Source of the DNA: Desulfuromonas sp. SDB | GTDB taxonomy: Bacteria > SDB-A | DNA length: 64,000 nucleotides | Assembly: GCA_001412365.1 (NCBI GenBank) | Contig: LKUE01000319.1 | Coordinates: 2,264 to 66,263, forward strand | Reading direction: 5' to 3' | Shown: in pieces, positions 1 to 10,894 of the stretch | Position numbering within the stretch: position 1 is the stretch's first letter | Layout: each line of letters starts with the position of its first letter | Position numbers and translations under genes: made by a program | The notes under the pieces: model-generated | What the model was told of the DNA's origin: nothing | What the model saw: the letters and a program-made list of their open reading frames with translations, nothing else | Database searches by the model: none

Positions 1-1
1 C

Positions 2-1033
2 AGAATGATTACCTCCCGGTTTGAATCCCTGTCCATGCCTGTAAAATGGTACACCATCGCTCAGTGTTTTAGATATGAAAGAACTACCAAAGGAAGAAAA
101 AGAGAACATTACCAGTGGAATGTGGATATTTTAGGAGAAGACAGTGTCTCCGCGGAAGCTGAGATTATTTTGTTACTGGTGCAGTCTTTAAAAAAACTTG
201 GGCTTAGCGCAGAGCAAGTTAAAGTAAAGATCAGCAGCCGGAATATTTTAGAAGCACTGATGAATAAGCTGGACATTCCTCCTGAGTTTCATCAGCCGGT
301 TATGATGACCATTGATAAGAAGGACAAAATGTCCGAATCTGAATTTGATCAGCTAATTTCAGATAAACTTCCCCGGAAAATTGATATTCAACCAATTTTT
401 GATATGTTCAAGCTTGGTTCACCACAGGAAATCAGCAGGTTTATGTCCGGATTAAAATCCTCCTGCTGTAAACAGGATCAGCTAGATAAGTACATTGAAG
501 ATTTAGATCAATTAATCCAATACTTAAATCCAGTTGATGATTTTATCCAGATAGATTTTTCCATAGTGAGAGGTTTAGCTTATTACACTGGAATTGTTTT
601 TGAAGTTTATTATCAGCAAGGGAAAGCCAGAGCAATTGCGGGGGGAGGCAGATACAGCCAGCTGCTGGAAAAAATTGGAGGTAAACCTCTGTCCGGGGTA
701 GGATTTGGATTTGGGGATGTAGTGATTTTAGATATATTAAAGGAAACCTCCAACCTTCCCCAGGTCCATCCCCAGATTGACTACTACATAATTCCCTTTG
801 AGCAGAAAAATTTAAAATTAGCATTTTCTCTACTGGATAAACTTACCCAGCAGGGAAAGAGAACTGAAATTGATTTAAAATTCCGTTCACTCCGCAATTC
901 TTTAAAAGATGCCAGCAGGGATAGATGTAATTTTGTCATCATCTTATTTCCAAATGAAGTTGCCCAGAATCAGGTAGTGGTAAAAGATTTAATTAAAGGG
1001 GATGAGCGGAAAGTAAATATAAGGGATTTGTAA
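2..1033 (+). CDS. hisS: histidyl-tRNA synthetase, 5'-truncated by the window edge (C-terminal ~340 aa present)
   Basis: HisRS class II core and motif-3 region (RGLAYYTGIVFEV, AIAGGGRYSQL) plus the C-terminal anticodon-binding domain; the frame is open to the window start. Confidence 0.85.
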   Translation, partial: RMITSRFESLSMPVKWYTIAQCFRYERTTKGRKREHYQWNVDILGEDSVSAEAEIILLLVQSLKKLGLSAEQVKVKISSRNILEALMNKLDIPPEFHQPVMMTIDKKDKMSESEFDQLISDKLPRKIDIQPIFDMFKLGSPQEISRFMSGLKSSCCKQDQLDKYIEDLDQLIQYLNPVDDFIQIDFSIVRGLAYYTGIVFEVYYQQGKARAIAGGGRYSQLLEKIGGKPLSGVGFGFGDVVILDILKETSNLPQVHPQIDYYIIPFEQKNLKLAFSLLDKLTQQGKRTEIDLKFRSLRNSLKDASRDRCNFVIILFPNEVAQNQVVVKDLIKGDERKVNIRDL

Positions 1034-1054
1034 ATTGCCCTTCGGCAGGAACCA

Positions 1055-2875
1055 GTGAAATACTATGCAGTTGCAGTGGTGGGGGGAGGTCATGCGGGTT
1101 GTGAAGCAGCAATTGCCGCCAGCCGGCTTAACTGTTCAGTTGTTCTAATCACTCCGGAATTGACTAAAATTGGTTATCTTTCCTGCAATCCAGCGGTGGG
1201 AGGACAAGCTAAAAGTCATTTGGTTCAGGAAATTGATGCTTTGGGCGGGGCAATCGGTTATGTTGCCGATTTATCCGGCATTCAGTTCAGAACCCTTCGG
1301 GCAGGAAGAGGACCTGCGTTAAGAGCATTAAGAGTCCAGGTAGATAGACCCAGCTATATTCATCAGATGATTAAGTTTCTGTCATCTTTTTCTAATTTGC
1401 ACTTGCTGGAAGCGGAAGTGATGCAGGTAAAGGTTAATTCCAAAAATCAAGCTGAGGGTCTGATTACCAGCTGCGGGGAAATAAAAACTCAGGCAGTAAT
1501 TATAACTCCGGGAACTTTTCTCAATGGTTTAATGTACACCGGATTTGATATTACGGTGGGAGGAAGAAAGGATGATCATACCGCCAAGCTGCTCAGTGAT
1601 AATTTAAAAAAAATTGGATTTCCCCTGTACCGATTGAAGACAGGCACTTGTCCAAGAATTGACGGCAATACCGTTGATTATGATAAAATTCAAATTCAAA
1701 GGGGAGATACAGGCCCTTATCCTTTTTCATGGAGATCAGGTGAATTAAACAATGTGCCTGATATTCCCTGTTATATAACTAAGACCAGTTTAAAAACACA
1801 TGAGATTATTAGAAATAATTTAAATCGAAGCCCTCTGTTTACCGGAATGATAACCGGTAAAGGTCCACCATTCTGTCCATCCATAGAAGATAAAGTGATG
1901 AGATTTGGTGACCGGGAGGGGCATCCGGTTTATATAGAACCGGAAGGTAAAGAAGATTTTAGAAAATATCTTGCCGGTCTGGCTACCAGTTTACCCTTTG
2001 ACGTACAGGAAGCTATGCTAAAATCAATCCCCGGATTAGAACAGGTGGAAATAATCAGTCCTGGCTATGCGGTGGAGTACGATTACCTCCAGCCAACCGA
2101 ACTGAAACCAACCCTCGAAACCAAGAGAGTTGAAAACTTATATTTTGCAGGTCAAGTTAATGGAACATCCGGATATGAGGAGGCAGCAGCCCAGGGATTG
2201 GTAGCGGGAATAAATGCAGGGTTGAAAGTACACAAACTCCCTCCCTTAATTATTCCCCGAAATCAAGCTTATATCGGAGTGTTAATTGACGACCTGGTCA
2301 GCCGTGGGGTTAATGAACCCTACCGTTTATTTACCTCCCGTTCAGAATTCCGCTTATTATTGAGAAAGGATAATGCAATTTTTCGAATGCTTCCCCTTGC
2401 TGAAAAATATAATTTAATTCCGGAAAGTTTTGTGCAAAAAATTAAAAAATACGAAACTGAAATTGATGATATCCTGAAAGAAATTGAAAACACTAAGGTT
2501 AAGCTAAATGAGAAAATTTATAAATCTCCCTTAAAATTAATTAAATCAGGACAGCTGACTGTAGATGAATATTTAACATCCCATCACCCCCATGCTAATT
2601 CCAGATATATCCATGAACGACTGGAAGCGGAGATTATTTATCATGGTTATATAGAAAGACAGATAAATGAAGCTAATCAAATAAAAGCAATGGACAACAT
2701 AAAAATCCCTTTAACTTTAGATTATTCAGGAATTGAGACTATTTCCAAGTCTGGCCGCTCAATGTTAGACCAGGTAAAACCTCGCACTATTGCTCAAGCT
2801 TCCCGGTTGCCGGATGTTTCTCCTTCTGATATTAATTATTTATTGATATATCTAAAAAAGAACTATAATGTTTAA
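1055..2875 (+). CDS. mnmG: tRNA uridine 5-carboxymethylaminomethyl modification enzyme MnmG (GidA)
   Basis: N-terminal FAD motif [12 protein letters not shown]; ~600 aa length and overall GidA architecture. Confidence 0.9.
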   Translation: MKYYAVAVVGGGHAGCEAAIAASRLNCSVVLITPELTKIGYLSCNPAVGGQAKSHLVQEIDALGGAIGYVADLSGIQFRTLRAGRGPALRALRVQVDRPSYIHQMIKFLSSFSNLHLLEAEVMQVKVNSKNQAEGLITSCGEIKTQAVIITPGTFLNGLMYTGFDITVGGRKDDHTAKLLSDNLKKIGFPLYRLKTGTCPRIDGNTVDYDKIQIQRGDTGPYPFSWRSGELNNVPDIPCYITKTSLKTHEIIRNNLNRSPLFTGMITGKGPPFCPSIEDKVMRFGDREGHPVYIEPEGKEDFRKYLAGLATSLPFDVQEAMLKSIPGLEQVEIISPGYAVEYDYLQPTELKPTLETKRVENLYFAGQVNGTSGYEEAAAQGLVAGINAGLKVHKLPPLIIPRNQAYIGVLIDDLVSRGVNEPYRLFTSRSEFRLLLRKDNAIFRMLPLAEKYNLIPESFVQKIKKYETEIDDILKEIENTKVKLNEKIYKSPLKLIKSGQLTVDEYLTSHHPHANSRYIHERLEAEIIYHGYIERQINEANQIKAMDNIKIPLTLDYSGIETISKSGRSMLDQVKPRTIAQASRLPDVSPSDINYLLIYLKKNYNV

Positions 2876-2924
2876 TTTAAAGAAAAATTTACTTGGAAAC
2901 GGGCAGAAGGGATGTGAAATCCGG

Positions 2925-2953
2925 TTGACAAAATAGTTTAGAATTTGTAGAAT
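2925..2953 (+). promoter_or_regulatory. sigma-70-like promoter upstream of rplM: TTGACA, 17 nt, TAGAAT
   Basis: ttgaca at 2925-2930, 17-nt spacer, tagaat at 2948-2953, about 50 nt upstream of the rplM ATG. Confidence 0.45.
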
Positions 2954-3001
2954 TGCCAGTTCCAATTGATTTCAATTTAAATATGAAATTAGGAGATAAT
3001 T

Positions 3002-3430
3002 ATGAAAACATACGTGCCTAAGAAAGATGAGATAGAACAGAAGTGGTATCTTGTAGATGCTGAAGGACTTCCTTTAGGAAGACTGTCATCCAAGATTGCT
3101 ACTTTGTTAAGAGGGAAACATAAACCATATTACACCCCCTTTATGGATACTGGTGATTATGTAATATGTATCAATGCTGAAAAAGTTAAACTGACTGGAG
3201 TTAAGTGGGATACCAAGATCTATTGGAGACACTCAGGATATATGGGCGGGATTAAAACTAGAACTGCCCGGGAGATAAAAGAAAAGTATCCCCAGAGAAT
3301 TGTCGAACATGCAGTCAAAGGAATGTTGCCTAAGGGACCGTTAGGCAGAAAGATGTTTAAAAAGCTAAAAGTTTATGCCGGTCCCCATCATAATCATAAG
3401 TCACAAAAACCTGAAGTGATTAAAATTTAG
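3002..3430 (+). CDS. rplM: 50S ribosomal protein L13
   Basis: [28 protein letters not shown] is a typical L13 N-terminus; 142 aa. Confidence 0.95.
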   Translation: MKTYVPKKDEIEQKWYLVDAEGLPLGRLSSKIATLLRGKHKPYYTPFMDTGDYVICINAEKVKLTGVKWDTKIYWRHSGYMGGIKTRTAREIKEKYPQRIVEHAVKGMLPKGPLGRKMFKKLKVYAGPHHNHKSQKPEVIKI

Positions 3431-3441
3431 GGAGGATTTAA

Positions 3442-3849
3442 TTGGAGAAAAAAGAGTCTGTAAATACAATTTTCATGGGAACTGGCCGTAGAAAAGAATC
3501 AGTAGCCAGGGTGAGATTAGTTCCAGGAGATGGTCATCGAATGATCAATGGAAAAAAATTCTCAGACTATTTCAACCGAAAAAGTTTTTTGATATTAATG
3601 GAATCTCCACTTAACGTAATGGGCTTATCCGGGAAATTTAATGTGCTGGTAAATGCTAATGGAGGAGGTAAATCCGGACAGGCAGGAGCAGTTAAGCTGG
3701 GAATTGCCAGGGCATTGATCAAAGCATTCCCCGACCGTAAAGGTGAATTGAAAAAGCTGGGATTCCTGACCAGGGATGCAAGGGTGGTTGAACGTAAAAA
3801 ATACGGAAGACCCAAAGCCCGTAAGAGATTCCAGTTTTCAAAACGTTAA
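3442..3849 (+). CDS. rpsI: 30S ribosomal protein S9
   Basis: [14 protein letters not shown] and the C-terminal RKRFQFSKR are S9 signatures. Confidence 0.95.
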   Translation: MEKKESVNTIFMGTGRRKESVARVRLVPGDGHRMINGKKFSDYFNRKSFLILMESPLNVMGLSGKFNVLVNANGGGKSGQAGAVKLGIARALIKAFPDRKGELKKLGFLTRDARVVERKKYGRPKARKRFQFSKR

Positions 3850-3951
3850 TAATTTTCAATTTATAAAATCATCACATAACTGGAGCTGGATTGGGTCCCT
3901 TCGGGGTTGTCCGGTGCGGAAGGTTATGGTTGACTAACCCAAGGAGGACAA

Positions 3952-4722
3952 ATGTTGAACATTGAAGTAACCGAATTGCTAAAGGCGGGTACTCATTTCG
4001 GTCATAAAACTGACCGGTGGAATCCAAAGATGAAGCCCTACATTTTTGGTTCCCGTCAAGGGACTCATATCATCAATATCCGTAAAACCATTTCTCAGCT
4101 GGAGGATGCCTGCAATGTAATGTCTAAAATTTCCGCCCAGGGTAACTATATTTTATATGTGGGCACCAAAAGACAAGCTCGTCCTATTGTCACTGCTGAA
4201 GCGGAAAGAGCAGGAGTATTTTTTGTAACCGAGAGATGGTTGGGAGGCACCTTAACTAATTTCAGAACCATTCGCAATAGCGTTAACAAACTTAAAGAAC
4301 TGGAAAAATTGCTGCACGAGAGAGACTCGGAAAATTTGACCAAAAAAGAAATTCTGCGCATGGAAAAAAGAAGAGATAAATTGGAAAGATATTTGGGAGG
4401 AATAAAGGAAATGGATCAATTACCTTCCGTTATCTTTGTGGTAGATGCTAAACATGAACAAATTGCGGTTCACGAAGCAAACATTTTGAAAATTCCAGTG
4501 GTGGCAATGGTGGATACCAATACCGATCCTGATCCAGTGGATTATGTGATCCCATCCAATGATGATGCGATGAGATCAATATCCTTGATTATTTCATACT
4601 TAACTGATGCCATTATATTGGGACAGTCTAAGAAAAAAGAAGAGCAGCTACCTCCTGAAGAAATAACACCGGGAATAGATGAAAAGGTAGCTGAAGAAAT
4701 GGAATTAGAACAGCCTAAGTGA
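3952..4722 (+). CDS. rpsB: 30S ribosomal protein S2
   Basis: LLKAGTHFGHKTDRWNPKM...IINI N-terminus; AAGGAGG RBS directly upstream. Confidence 0.95.
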   Translation: MLNIEVTELLKAGTHFGHKTDRWNPKMKPYIFGSRQGTHIINIRKTISQLEDACNVMSKISAQGNYILYVGTKRQARPIVTAEAERAGVFFVTERWLGGTLTNFRTIRNSVNKLKELEKLLHERDSENLTKKEILRMEKRRDKLERYLGGIKEMDQLPSVIFVVDAKHEQIAVHEANILKIPVVAMVDTNTDPDPVDYVIPSNDDAMRSISLIISYLTDAIILGQSKKKEEQLPPEEITPGIDEKVAEEMELEQPK

Positions 4723-4773
4723 TTTTCAAATAAAATGAAAATCTGTTCCCTTTTTGTCAAATAAGGAGGATTA

Positions 4774-5379
4774 ATGTCTATATCTAAACAGGATATGCTT
4801 AAATTAGTTAAGGAGTTGAGAGCAAGAACTGATGCAGGGGTAAAGGAATGCAAAGCCGTACTTACTGAAACCGGCGGAGATATTGAAAAAGCGGTAACCA
4901 TATTAAGGGAGAAAGGCATTGCCAAAGCAGATAGCCGATCGGGTAGATCTACCAAGGAAGGTGTAATCGGCTGTTACCTGCACCGTGAAAAAATTGCCGG
5001 ATTAGTTGAATTAACTTGTGAAACTGATTTTGTCGCCCGTACTGATTTGTTTAAAAATTTAGCTAAAGAATTAGCAATTCAAGTGGTAACTTCATCCCCC
5101 CAGACAATCAGCAGGGAGGAATTATCTCCTGAATACATTGAACAGGAAAGAGCTATTTTTAAAAAATTAGAAAAAGAATCGGGAAAACCTGATAAAATTA
5201 TTGATAAAATTGTTGAGGGGAAATTGGAAAAATTATATCGTGAAGTTTGCTTACTGGAACAGGATTATTACAAAGATGACTCCAAAACAGTTGACCAGAT
5301 GGTTAAAGAGGCAATTGCTAAATTAGGAGAAAATATCGAAGTTAAAAGAATCTTCAGAATGCAAGTCGGAGAAAGCTAA
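4774..5379 (+). CDS. tsf: elongation factor Ts (short form)
   Basis: LVKELRARTDAGVKECKAVLTETGGDIEKAV UBA-like N-terminus, then GRSTKEGVIGCYLH; lies in the conserved rpsB-tsf-pyrH-frr order. Confidence 0.9.
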   Translation: MSISKQDMLKLVKELRARTDAGVKECKAVLTETGGDIEKAVTILREKGIAKADSRSGRSTKEGVIGCYLHREKIAGLVELTCETDFVARTDLFKNLAKELAIQVVTSSPQTISREELSPEYIEQERAIFKKLEKESGKPDKIIDKIVEGKLEKLYREVCLLEQDYYKDDSKTVDQMVKEAIAKLGENIEVKRIFRMQVGES

Positions 5380-5393
5380 GCTGGAGATGTCCG

Positions 5394-6101
5394 GTGATTA
5401 AGTATCGGAGAATTTTACTAAAATTAAGCGGGGAAGCAATTGGAGAAAGGGGCAAAGGAGTATCCACCGAGCGGATTGCCTATATTTCTGATGAGATTGC
5501 TCAAGTTGCCAGACAGGGAGTTTCCATCGGATTGGTAATTGGTGCTGGAAATATATTCCGGGGACAGAAAATAATTGAGGAACTGAAAATTGAGAGAGTG
5601 GTGGCAGATCAGGTAGGAATGCTTTCTACCATGATAAATGCCCTGGTGTTTCAGGAAGTGTTGAATTCCAAGAAAATTCCCACCAAAATTTTGTCTGCTC
5701 TTGATGTTCCCCAGTTGGCGGAAGTATATACTCCTCAAAAAGCCTGGCACTACATGGACCGGGGGAGATGTGTGATTTTTGCAGGAGGCACGGGGAATCC
5801 CTTTTTTACCACGGATACCGCTGCCGCGCTTAGGGCTGCAGAAATCAAAGCGGAAGTATTGATCAAATCAACTAAAGTGGACGGAGTATACGACAAAGAT
5901 CCGGAAAAGTATCCGGAGGCTAAAATATTTAATGAGCTTTCCTACCTTCAGGTTCTAAATTTGAGGTTACAGGTAATGGATGCTACTGCAATATCATTAT
6001 GTCAGGAAAATAACATTCCAATTTTAGTGCATAATATTTTTAAGCCAGGTAATTTAATGGATGTAATAACAGAAGATAATATTGGTACTATCATTAAATA
6101 G
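5394..6101 (+). CDS. pyrH: UMP kinase
   Basis: KYRRILLKLSGEA and GAGNIFRG motifs of the amino-acid kinase family / PyrH. Confidence 0.92.
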   Translation: MIKYRRILLKLSGEAIGERGKGVSTERIAYISDEIAQVARQGVSIGLVIGAGNIFRGQKIIEELKIERVVADQVGMLSTMINALVFQEVLNSKKIPTKILSALDVPQLAEVYTPQKAWHYMDRGRCVIFAGGTGNPFFTTDTAAALRAAEIKAEVLIKSTKVDGVYDKDPEKYPEAKIFNELSYLQVLNLRLQVMDATAISLCQENNIPILVHNIFKPGNLMDVITEDNIGTIIK

Positions 6102-6111
6102 GAGGTTGGAA

Positions 6112-6675
6112 ATGATTGACCTTCAAAAAATTTATCAGGAAGAAAAACTGAAAATGAGTAAAACCCTTGAACATCTGAAAATGCAGATGTCCAAAGTTCA
6201 TACGGGAAGAGCAGTTCCATCGCTTTTGGATGGAGTCGTAGTGAACTATTATGGGACCAATACTGCTTTAAAGCAGCTGTGCAATATTGCCATCCCTGAT
6301 CCCAGAACCATGGTTCTTCATCCGTATGATAAAAATTCTCTTACCGAGATTGAAAAAGCTATTGCTGCATCAAATTTAGGGGTTAATCCTCAAAATGACG
6401 GAAAAGTAATAAGGCTGAATTTTCCCATGCTGTCAGAAGAAAGAAGAGAGGAATCGGTAAAACTGGTGAAAAAACTGGGAGAAGATGCAAAGACGTCAAT
6501 CCGCAATGTACGTCATCTATTTATAAATGACATTAAAAAAAGAGAAAAAGATGGAGATATCTCTGAAGATGAGATGTACAGGGCACAAGATCAAATTCAA
6601 GAAGTTACCGATAAATTTGTAGAAGAAATTGATGAGATTGTAAAAAACAAGGAAGAAGAAGTAAGAACAGTTTAA
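6112..6675 (+). CDS. frr: ribosome recycling factor
   Basis: Frr-like sequence (VHTGRAVPSLLDGV...LNFPMLSEERREE). The ORF-track start at 6082 overlaps pyrH; the internal ATG at 6112 (MIDLQKIY) is the more likely start. Confidence 0.88.
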   Translation: MIDLQKIYQEEKLKMSKTLEHLKMQMSKVHTGRAVPSLLDGVVVNYYGTNTALKQLCNIAIPDPRTMVLHPYDKNSLTEIEKAIAASNLGVNPQNDGKVIRLNFPMLSEERREESVKLVKKLGEDAKTSIRNVRHLFINDIKKREKDGDISEDEMYRAQDQIQEVTDKFVEEIDEIVKNKEEEVRTV

Positions 6676-7398
6676 ATGGCTGAACAGCAATCATATAAGT
6701 TGCCTGATAAATTACCCGGACATGTGGGGATAATTATGGATGGAAACGGGCGATGGGCTAAAAATAAAGGGTTGCCCAGAACTGCAGGCCATAAAGCGGG
6801 AGTTGATGCCGCCAGAGAAATTGTTAGGTTTTCCGGTGATATTGGGCTGGAACACCTTACTCTCTACGCTTTTTCCACAGAGAATTGGAGAAGACCCCCT
6901 AAAGAAATTAATTTTTTAATGAGGTTAATGAAAAGATTGTTGAGGGATGAAGTTGAGGATTTAATTAAAAACAATGTCAAATTAAGAGTGATCGGTAATT
7001 TTAAAAATATGGGCAAAGATATGGTTGATGAAATAAATCGGGCTATTGATTTAACCAAAAACGTCACCGGACTTAATTTGAATCTGGCTCTTTCCTACGG
7101 GGGAAGAGATGAAATAATCATGGCGGTTAATAAAATAATTGAACAAGTTAAAAAAGGTGAACACCCTGAAATTAATGAGGAAAGTTTTAAACATTATCTT
7201 TTCACGGAAGGTTTACCTGATCCTGATTTGATTATCAGAACCAGCGGAGAAATGAGGGTATCAAATTTTCTGATATACCAAGGGGCTTATGCTGAATACT
7301 ACGTCACTGATATATTTTGGCCAAATTTTTCACCAGAGGAATTTGTTAAAGCTCTAAATGAATATGCTCACAGAACCAGAAGATTTGGAAAGGTATGA
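6676..7398 (+). CDS. uppS: isoprenyl transferase / undecaprenyl-diphosphate synthase
   Basis: HVGIIMDGNGRWAK...AFSTENWRRP cis-prenyltransferase motifs. Confidence 0.92.
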   Translation: MAEQQSYKLPDKLPGHVGIIMDGNGRWAKNKGLPRTAGHKAGVDAAREIVRFSGDIGLEHLTLYAFSTENWRRPPKEINFLMRLMKRLLRDEVEDLIKNNVKLRVIGNFKNMGKDMVDEINRAIDLTKNVTGLNLNLALSYGGRDEIIMAVNKIIEQVKKGEHPEINEESFKHYLFTEGLPDPDLIIRTSGEMRVSNFLIYQGAYAEYYVTDIFWPNFSPEEFVKALNEYAHRTRRFGKV

Positions 7399-8273
7399 AC
7401 TCTTCAGGTAAGAGACTCAGTAATTTAATAATCCGATTGTTGGTTTCAGCAATTTTCATTCCCATTATCTTTTTGTTTATCATGGGAGGAGAGCTGTGGT
7501 TTTTCATCCCGCTTCTGCTGGTGGCTTTAATTGCCAGTATGGAAGCATTTAGCATCGCCAACCGAGCTTTTAATTTACCCCACCATTGGAAAATTAAAAT
7601 CAGATATACAGTTGTGGTTATTTCGGTTTATCTTCTGCTGGTAAAAATTTATACTGATATTATCCCGGGAAGTTTAATATCCTTGTTTTTTATGGTTTAT
7701 TTGATCATAGAGATAGTCGGTTCCTCCCCTCAGGATTTTCTTAAACGCATATGCTCAGTTATTATTCCGGTTATTTATGTGGTTTGGGGATTTTCTTATT
7801 TAATTCTGCTCCGGCAGTTATTCGGATTTTCTGTTTTCCATCCCTACAGTTTAGGAGCATATTTGGTGGCTATGGTGTTTACGGTAGCCTGGATGTCAGA
7901 TAGTTTTGGAATGCTCATTGGTTCTTTTTTAGGTAAGCATCCTCTAATCCCTTCAATTAGCCCCCACAAGACGGTGGAAGGTTCCATCGGCTGCATTTTA
8001 GGCGCGGTAACCGGGGCAATAGCAATTAAATTTATTCAGATTATATTCAGCCCGGAACTCACTCTTCCCTGGATATTTATTTTATTGGCGGGTATAGTCT
8101 GCGGGTTTACTTCTCAATTTGGAGATCTTATCGAATCAGCTATGAAAAGAGATGCAAATTTAGGAGAATCTTCAGAAATTGTGCCGGGTCACGGAGGTAT
8201 ATTAGATAAATTTGACAGCGTAGTTTTCACTGCTATTAGCATTTATTATCTGTTCTACTTTCTGGTAGGTTGA
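7395..8273 (+). CDS. cdsA: phosphatidate cytidylyltransferase
   Basis: Polytopic membrane protein with the C-terminal CTP-transferase motif SAMKRDANLGESSEIVPGHGGILDKFDS; 4-nt overlap with uppS. Confidence 0.88.
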   Translation: MNSSGKRLSNLIIRLLVSAIFIPIIFLFIMGGELWFFIPLLLVALIASMEAFSIANRAFNLPHHWKIKIRYTVVVISVYLLLVKIYTDIIPGSLISLFFMVYLIIEIVGSSPQDFLKRICSVIIPVIYVVWGFSYLILLRQLFGFSVFHPYSLGAYLVAMVFTVAWMSDSFGMLIGSFLGKHPLIPSISPHKTVEGSIGCILGAVTGAIAIKFIQIIFSPELTLPWIFILLAGIVCGFTSQFGDLIESAMKRDANLGESSEIVPGHGGILDKFDSVVFTAISIYYLFYFLVG

Positions 8274-8274
8274 T

Positions 8275-9423
8275 ATGAAAAAGAAAGTAGTAGTATTGGG
8301 AGCCACCGGTTCAATCGGTCAATCAACTCTTCAGGTAATTGAAAAATTTTCCAGTCAATTTCAAATTCTGGCGATAACCGCTCATTGTCAAGGCGATCAA
8401 TTAATTGAACTGGCTGAAAAGTATTCTGTTCCTGAAATAATTTTGACTGATGAGCAGAGGGGAAGAGAATTTAAACATAAAATACCCCCTGCTCTAAAAT
8501 TCAGTTATGGACAATCTGCAGTATTGGAAGTGGTGCAGAGAAAAGAAGTAAATATAGTGGTGAATGGGATTGTAGGCAGCGCGGGGTATTTTCCCACCAA
8601 ACATTCCCTGTTGGCAGGGAAAAGAGTTGCTTTAGCCAACAAGGAAACCATGGTTGCTTACGGGGAAATAATAAACGAAATAATTGAAAAAGGGTCGGGA
8701 GAAATTATACCTGTGGACAGTGAGCATGGTGCAATCTGGCAGCTGCTGAGAAATCGGAATCCTCAGGAAGTGGAGAATCTGATTCTCACCGCTTCGGGTG
8801 GAGCGTTAAGAGATCATCCTCATCCCCACGGCGCTAGCTTAGAAGAGGTGTTAAAACATCCCACCTGGAACATGGGAAAAAAAATAACAGTTGATTCAGC
8901 AACTTTAGCTAACAAAGGATTGGAAGTGATTGAGGCGAGCAGGTTGTTTAAAATCTCCTGGAAAAAAATTAAAGTACTGATCCATCCCACTTCCATAGTT
9001 CATTCCATGGTGGAATTAGTTGACGGTTCGATATTGGCTCAATTAGCTGAACCGGATATGAAATTGCCTATACAGTATTCACTGTCCTATCCCCAGCGGT
9101 TACCTGGTACAATACCTTTGCTGGATTTAGTTACCCGGGGTCCTTTAGAATTTAGACATCCTGATCACAAACGTTTTCCTGCCCTGAAATTGGCTTACCG
9201 TGCACTGGAACAGGGGGGTAGCTATCCCTGCGTGTATAATGCTGCCAATGAACAGGCAGTGGAGATGTTTATTCAAGGAAAAATTGGATTTATGGATATA
9301 TCTGCAATCATTGAGAAAACTATGGATAATCATGAAAATGGCTCAGGGAAAGATGAGCTATTTCTTCAAAGTGCGGATGGGTGGGCTAGAAATTTAGCCA
9401 AAGAAATAGCGAGGAGCAGGTAA
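8275..9423 (+). CDS. dxr: 1-deoxy-D-xylulose 5-phosphate reductoisomerase
   Basis: VVVLGATGSIGQSTL NADPH motif and LANKE, SEH metal/substrate motifs. Confidence 0.92.
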   Translation: MKKKVVVLGATGSIGQSTLQVIEKFSSQFQILAITAHCQGDQLIELAEKYSVPEIILTDEQRGREFKHKIPPALKFSYGQSAVLEVVQRKEVNIVVNGIVGSAGYFPTKHSLLAGKRVALANKETMVAYGEIINEIIEKGSGEIIPVDSEHGAIWQLLRNRNPQEVENLILTASGGALRDHPHPHGASLEEVLKHPTWNMGKKITVDSATLANKGLEVIEASRLFKISWKKIKVLIHPTSIVHSMVELVDGSILAQLAEPDMKLPIQYSLSYPQRLPGTIPLLDLVTRGPLEFRHPDHKRFPALKLAYRALEQGGSYPCVYNAANEQAVEMFIQGKIGFMDISAIIEKTMDNHENGSGKDELFLQSADGWARNLAKEIARSR

Positions 9424-10880
9424 TGGGAATTATTGCGGCAGTTGTGCTTCTGGGCATATTAATTTTAGTACACGAATTAGGACATTTTGCCGCCGCCAGA
9501 TTATTCAAGGTCTCCGTCCCCAAGTTTTCCATTGGCTTTGGTCCCCGCTTAACCGGATTTAAAGCCAAAGGAACTGATTTTGCAATTTCCGCAGTCCCCC
9601 TGGGAGGTTATATCAAGATGAAAGGGGAAATGGAGATCAATGACCGGGAAAAATCGGAACAGCGAGATTATGAGCAAGATGATTTTAGAAGTAAGGCACT
9701 GTGGAAAAAAGCTATTATTGTAATTTCTGGACCACTGGCTAATATACTGTTTGCCTGGTTGTTTATTTTCACTGCCGATGTAGTGATGAGACAGGAATAT
9801 ATTCCTACCACAGAAATTGGACGGGTAATTCCGGGATCATCTGCGGATATTGCCGGATTGAGGTCAGGGGATGAAATAATTGAAATTGATGGAGTGGCGG
9901 TTAGGGAATGGTTTGACGTGGAAACTGAACTGTGGTCTAAAACTTCAGATAGTGTAGCTATCTTAAAAATCAGCTCAACTCCCTGTGTAGAAACCAGTTT
10001 AGTGGTAATACCTCCTGATTCTTCTGATTCCTTTTACCGTGGTCTTTCTCCTATGATTGCTCCGGTAGTGGGCAAGGTGTTTGGAGATCCTGCGATCCAG
10101 GCTGGATTGAAGGTAAAAGACGAGATTGTGTGGTTTATTCCGGTTACCAGTCAGTTGGGTGAACTGGTTGATCAATCTCCCACTTTCTTTGAAGACAGTG
10201 TCAACTTCTACGGAATAGAGGTGATGATGCTGGATACGGTCAGTTTCAACTACTTTCCTCTTGACTCAGAGTATGTTGACAATGTAAATCTGATCCCCGC
10301 ATGTAAAGTAGAGTACTGGTATGACATTGGAACACTGATCAGTGCTCAACAGGTGGATAGTTTTAAACTGGTGGTAAACCGGGAAGACCACTTTAAACTG
10401 ATAACCGTAAATTCTGTACAAAATATTGAAAACCGAAAGGTCATCGGCATAATGTTTGAATTGCCCTCCCGGGCTATGTCTATTCCCCAGGCGTTTAAGG
10501 TCTCCGTACAACAGTTGAAATTAATTTTTTATCTCATATTCAAACTGCCCCAGATGATAATTACCAAGCAAATTTCCATAAGAGAATCAGTGGGAGGTCC
10601 CATAAGAATATTTCAGGAAACTTCTAAAGCAGCCAGAATGGGGTGGGATACTTTATTATTTATTGCTGGATTCATCTCTTTGAACCTGGGCTTTTTCAAT
10701 TTATTCCCTGTGATGCCCTTAGACGGGGGACATCTGCTGATATATGTAATTGAAGGGGTGATCCGCAGACCAGTTCCTGCAAAAATTATCAGAGGATTCC
10801 AGGTTTTTGGAATGAGTTTGCTGTTGGTCTTAATTGTTTTGGTCACTGCCAATGATCTGGTAAATGTATTGTTTAAATAA
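9423..10880 (+). CDS. rseP: RIP site-2 zinc metalloprotease (RseP family), long form with an extended PDZ/insert region
   Basis: HELGHF zincin motif in TM1, PDZ-like segment (GSSADIAGLRSGDEIIEIDG), C-terminal LDGGH motif; 485 aa. Confidence 0.85.
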   Translation: MGIIAAVVLLGILILVHELGHFAAARLFKVSVPKFSIGFGPRLTGFKAKGTDFAISAVPLGGYIKMKGEMEINDREKSEQRDYEQDDFRSKALWKKAIIVISGPLANILFAWLFIFTADVVMRQEYIPTTEIGRVIPGSSADIAGLRSGDEIIEIDGVAVREWFDVETELWSKTSDSVAILKISSTPCVETSLVVIPPDSSDSFYRGLSPMIAPVVGKVFGDPAIQAGLKVKDEIVWFIPVTSQLGELVDQSPTFFEDSVNFYGIEVMMLDTVSFNYFPLDSEYVDNVNLIPACKVEYWYDIGTLISAQQVDSFKLVVNREDHFKLITVNSVQNIENRKVIGIMFELPSRAMSIPQAFKVSVQQLKLIFYLIFKLPQMIITKQISIRESVGGPIRIFQETSKAARMGWDTLLFIAGFISLNLGFFNLFPVMPLDGGHLLIYVIEGVIRRPVPAKIIRGFQVFGMSLLLVLIVLVTANDLVNVLFK

Positions 10881-10894
10881 TCTATGATGATTAG

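Noticed and set aside
543-824. Antisense or overlapping small ORFs inside known genes (for example 543-824, 3567-3815, 4146-4361, 4542-4955, 5424-5750, 9145-9568, 11448-12181, 17004-17537, 22625-22905, 31492-31716, 52974-53483, 54491-55151, 57547-57917, 59180-60240, 60639-61632)
   Set aside because: Each lies entirely within a well-supported conserved gene on the opposite strand or frame, and their protein sequences are low-complexity with no recognisable motifs. Treated as spurious.
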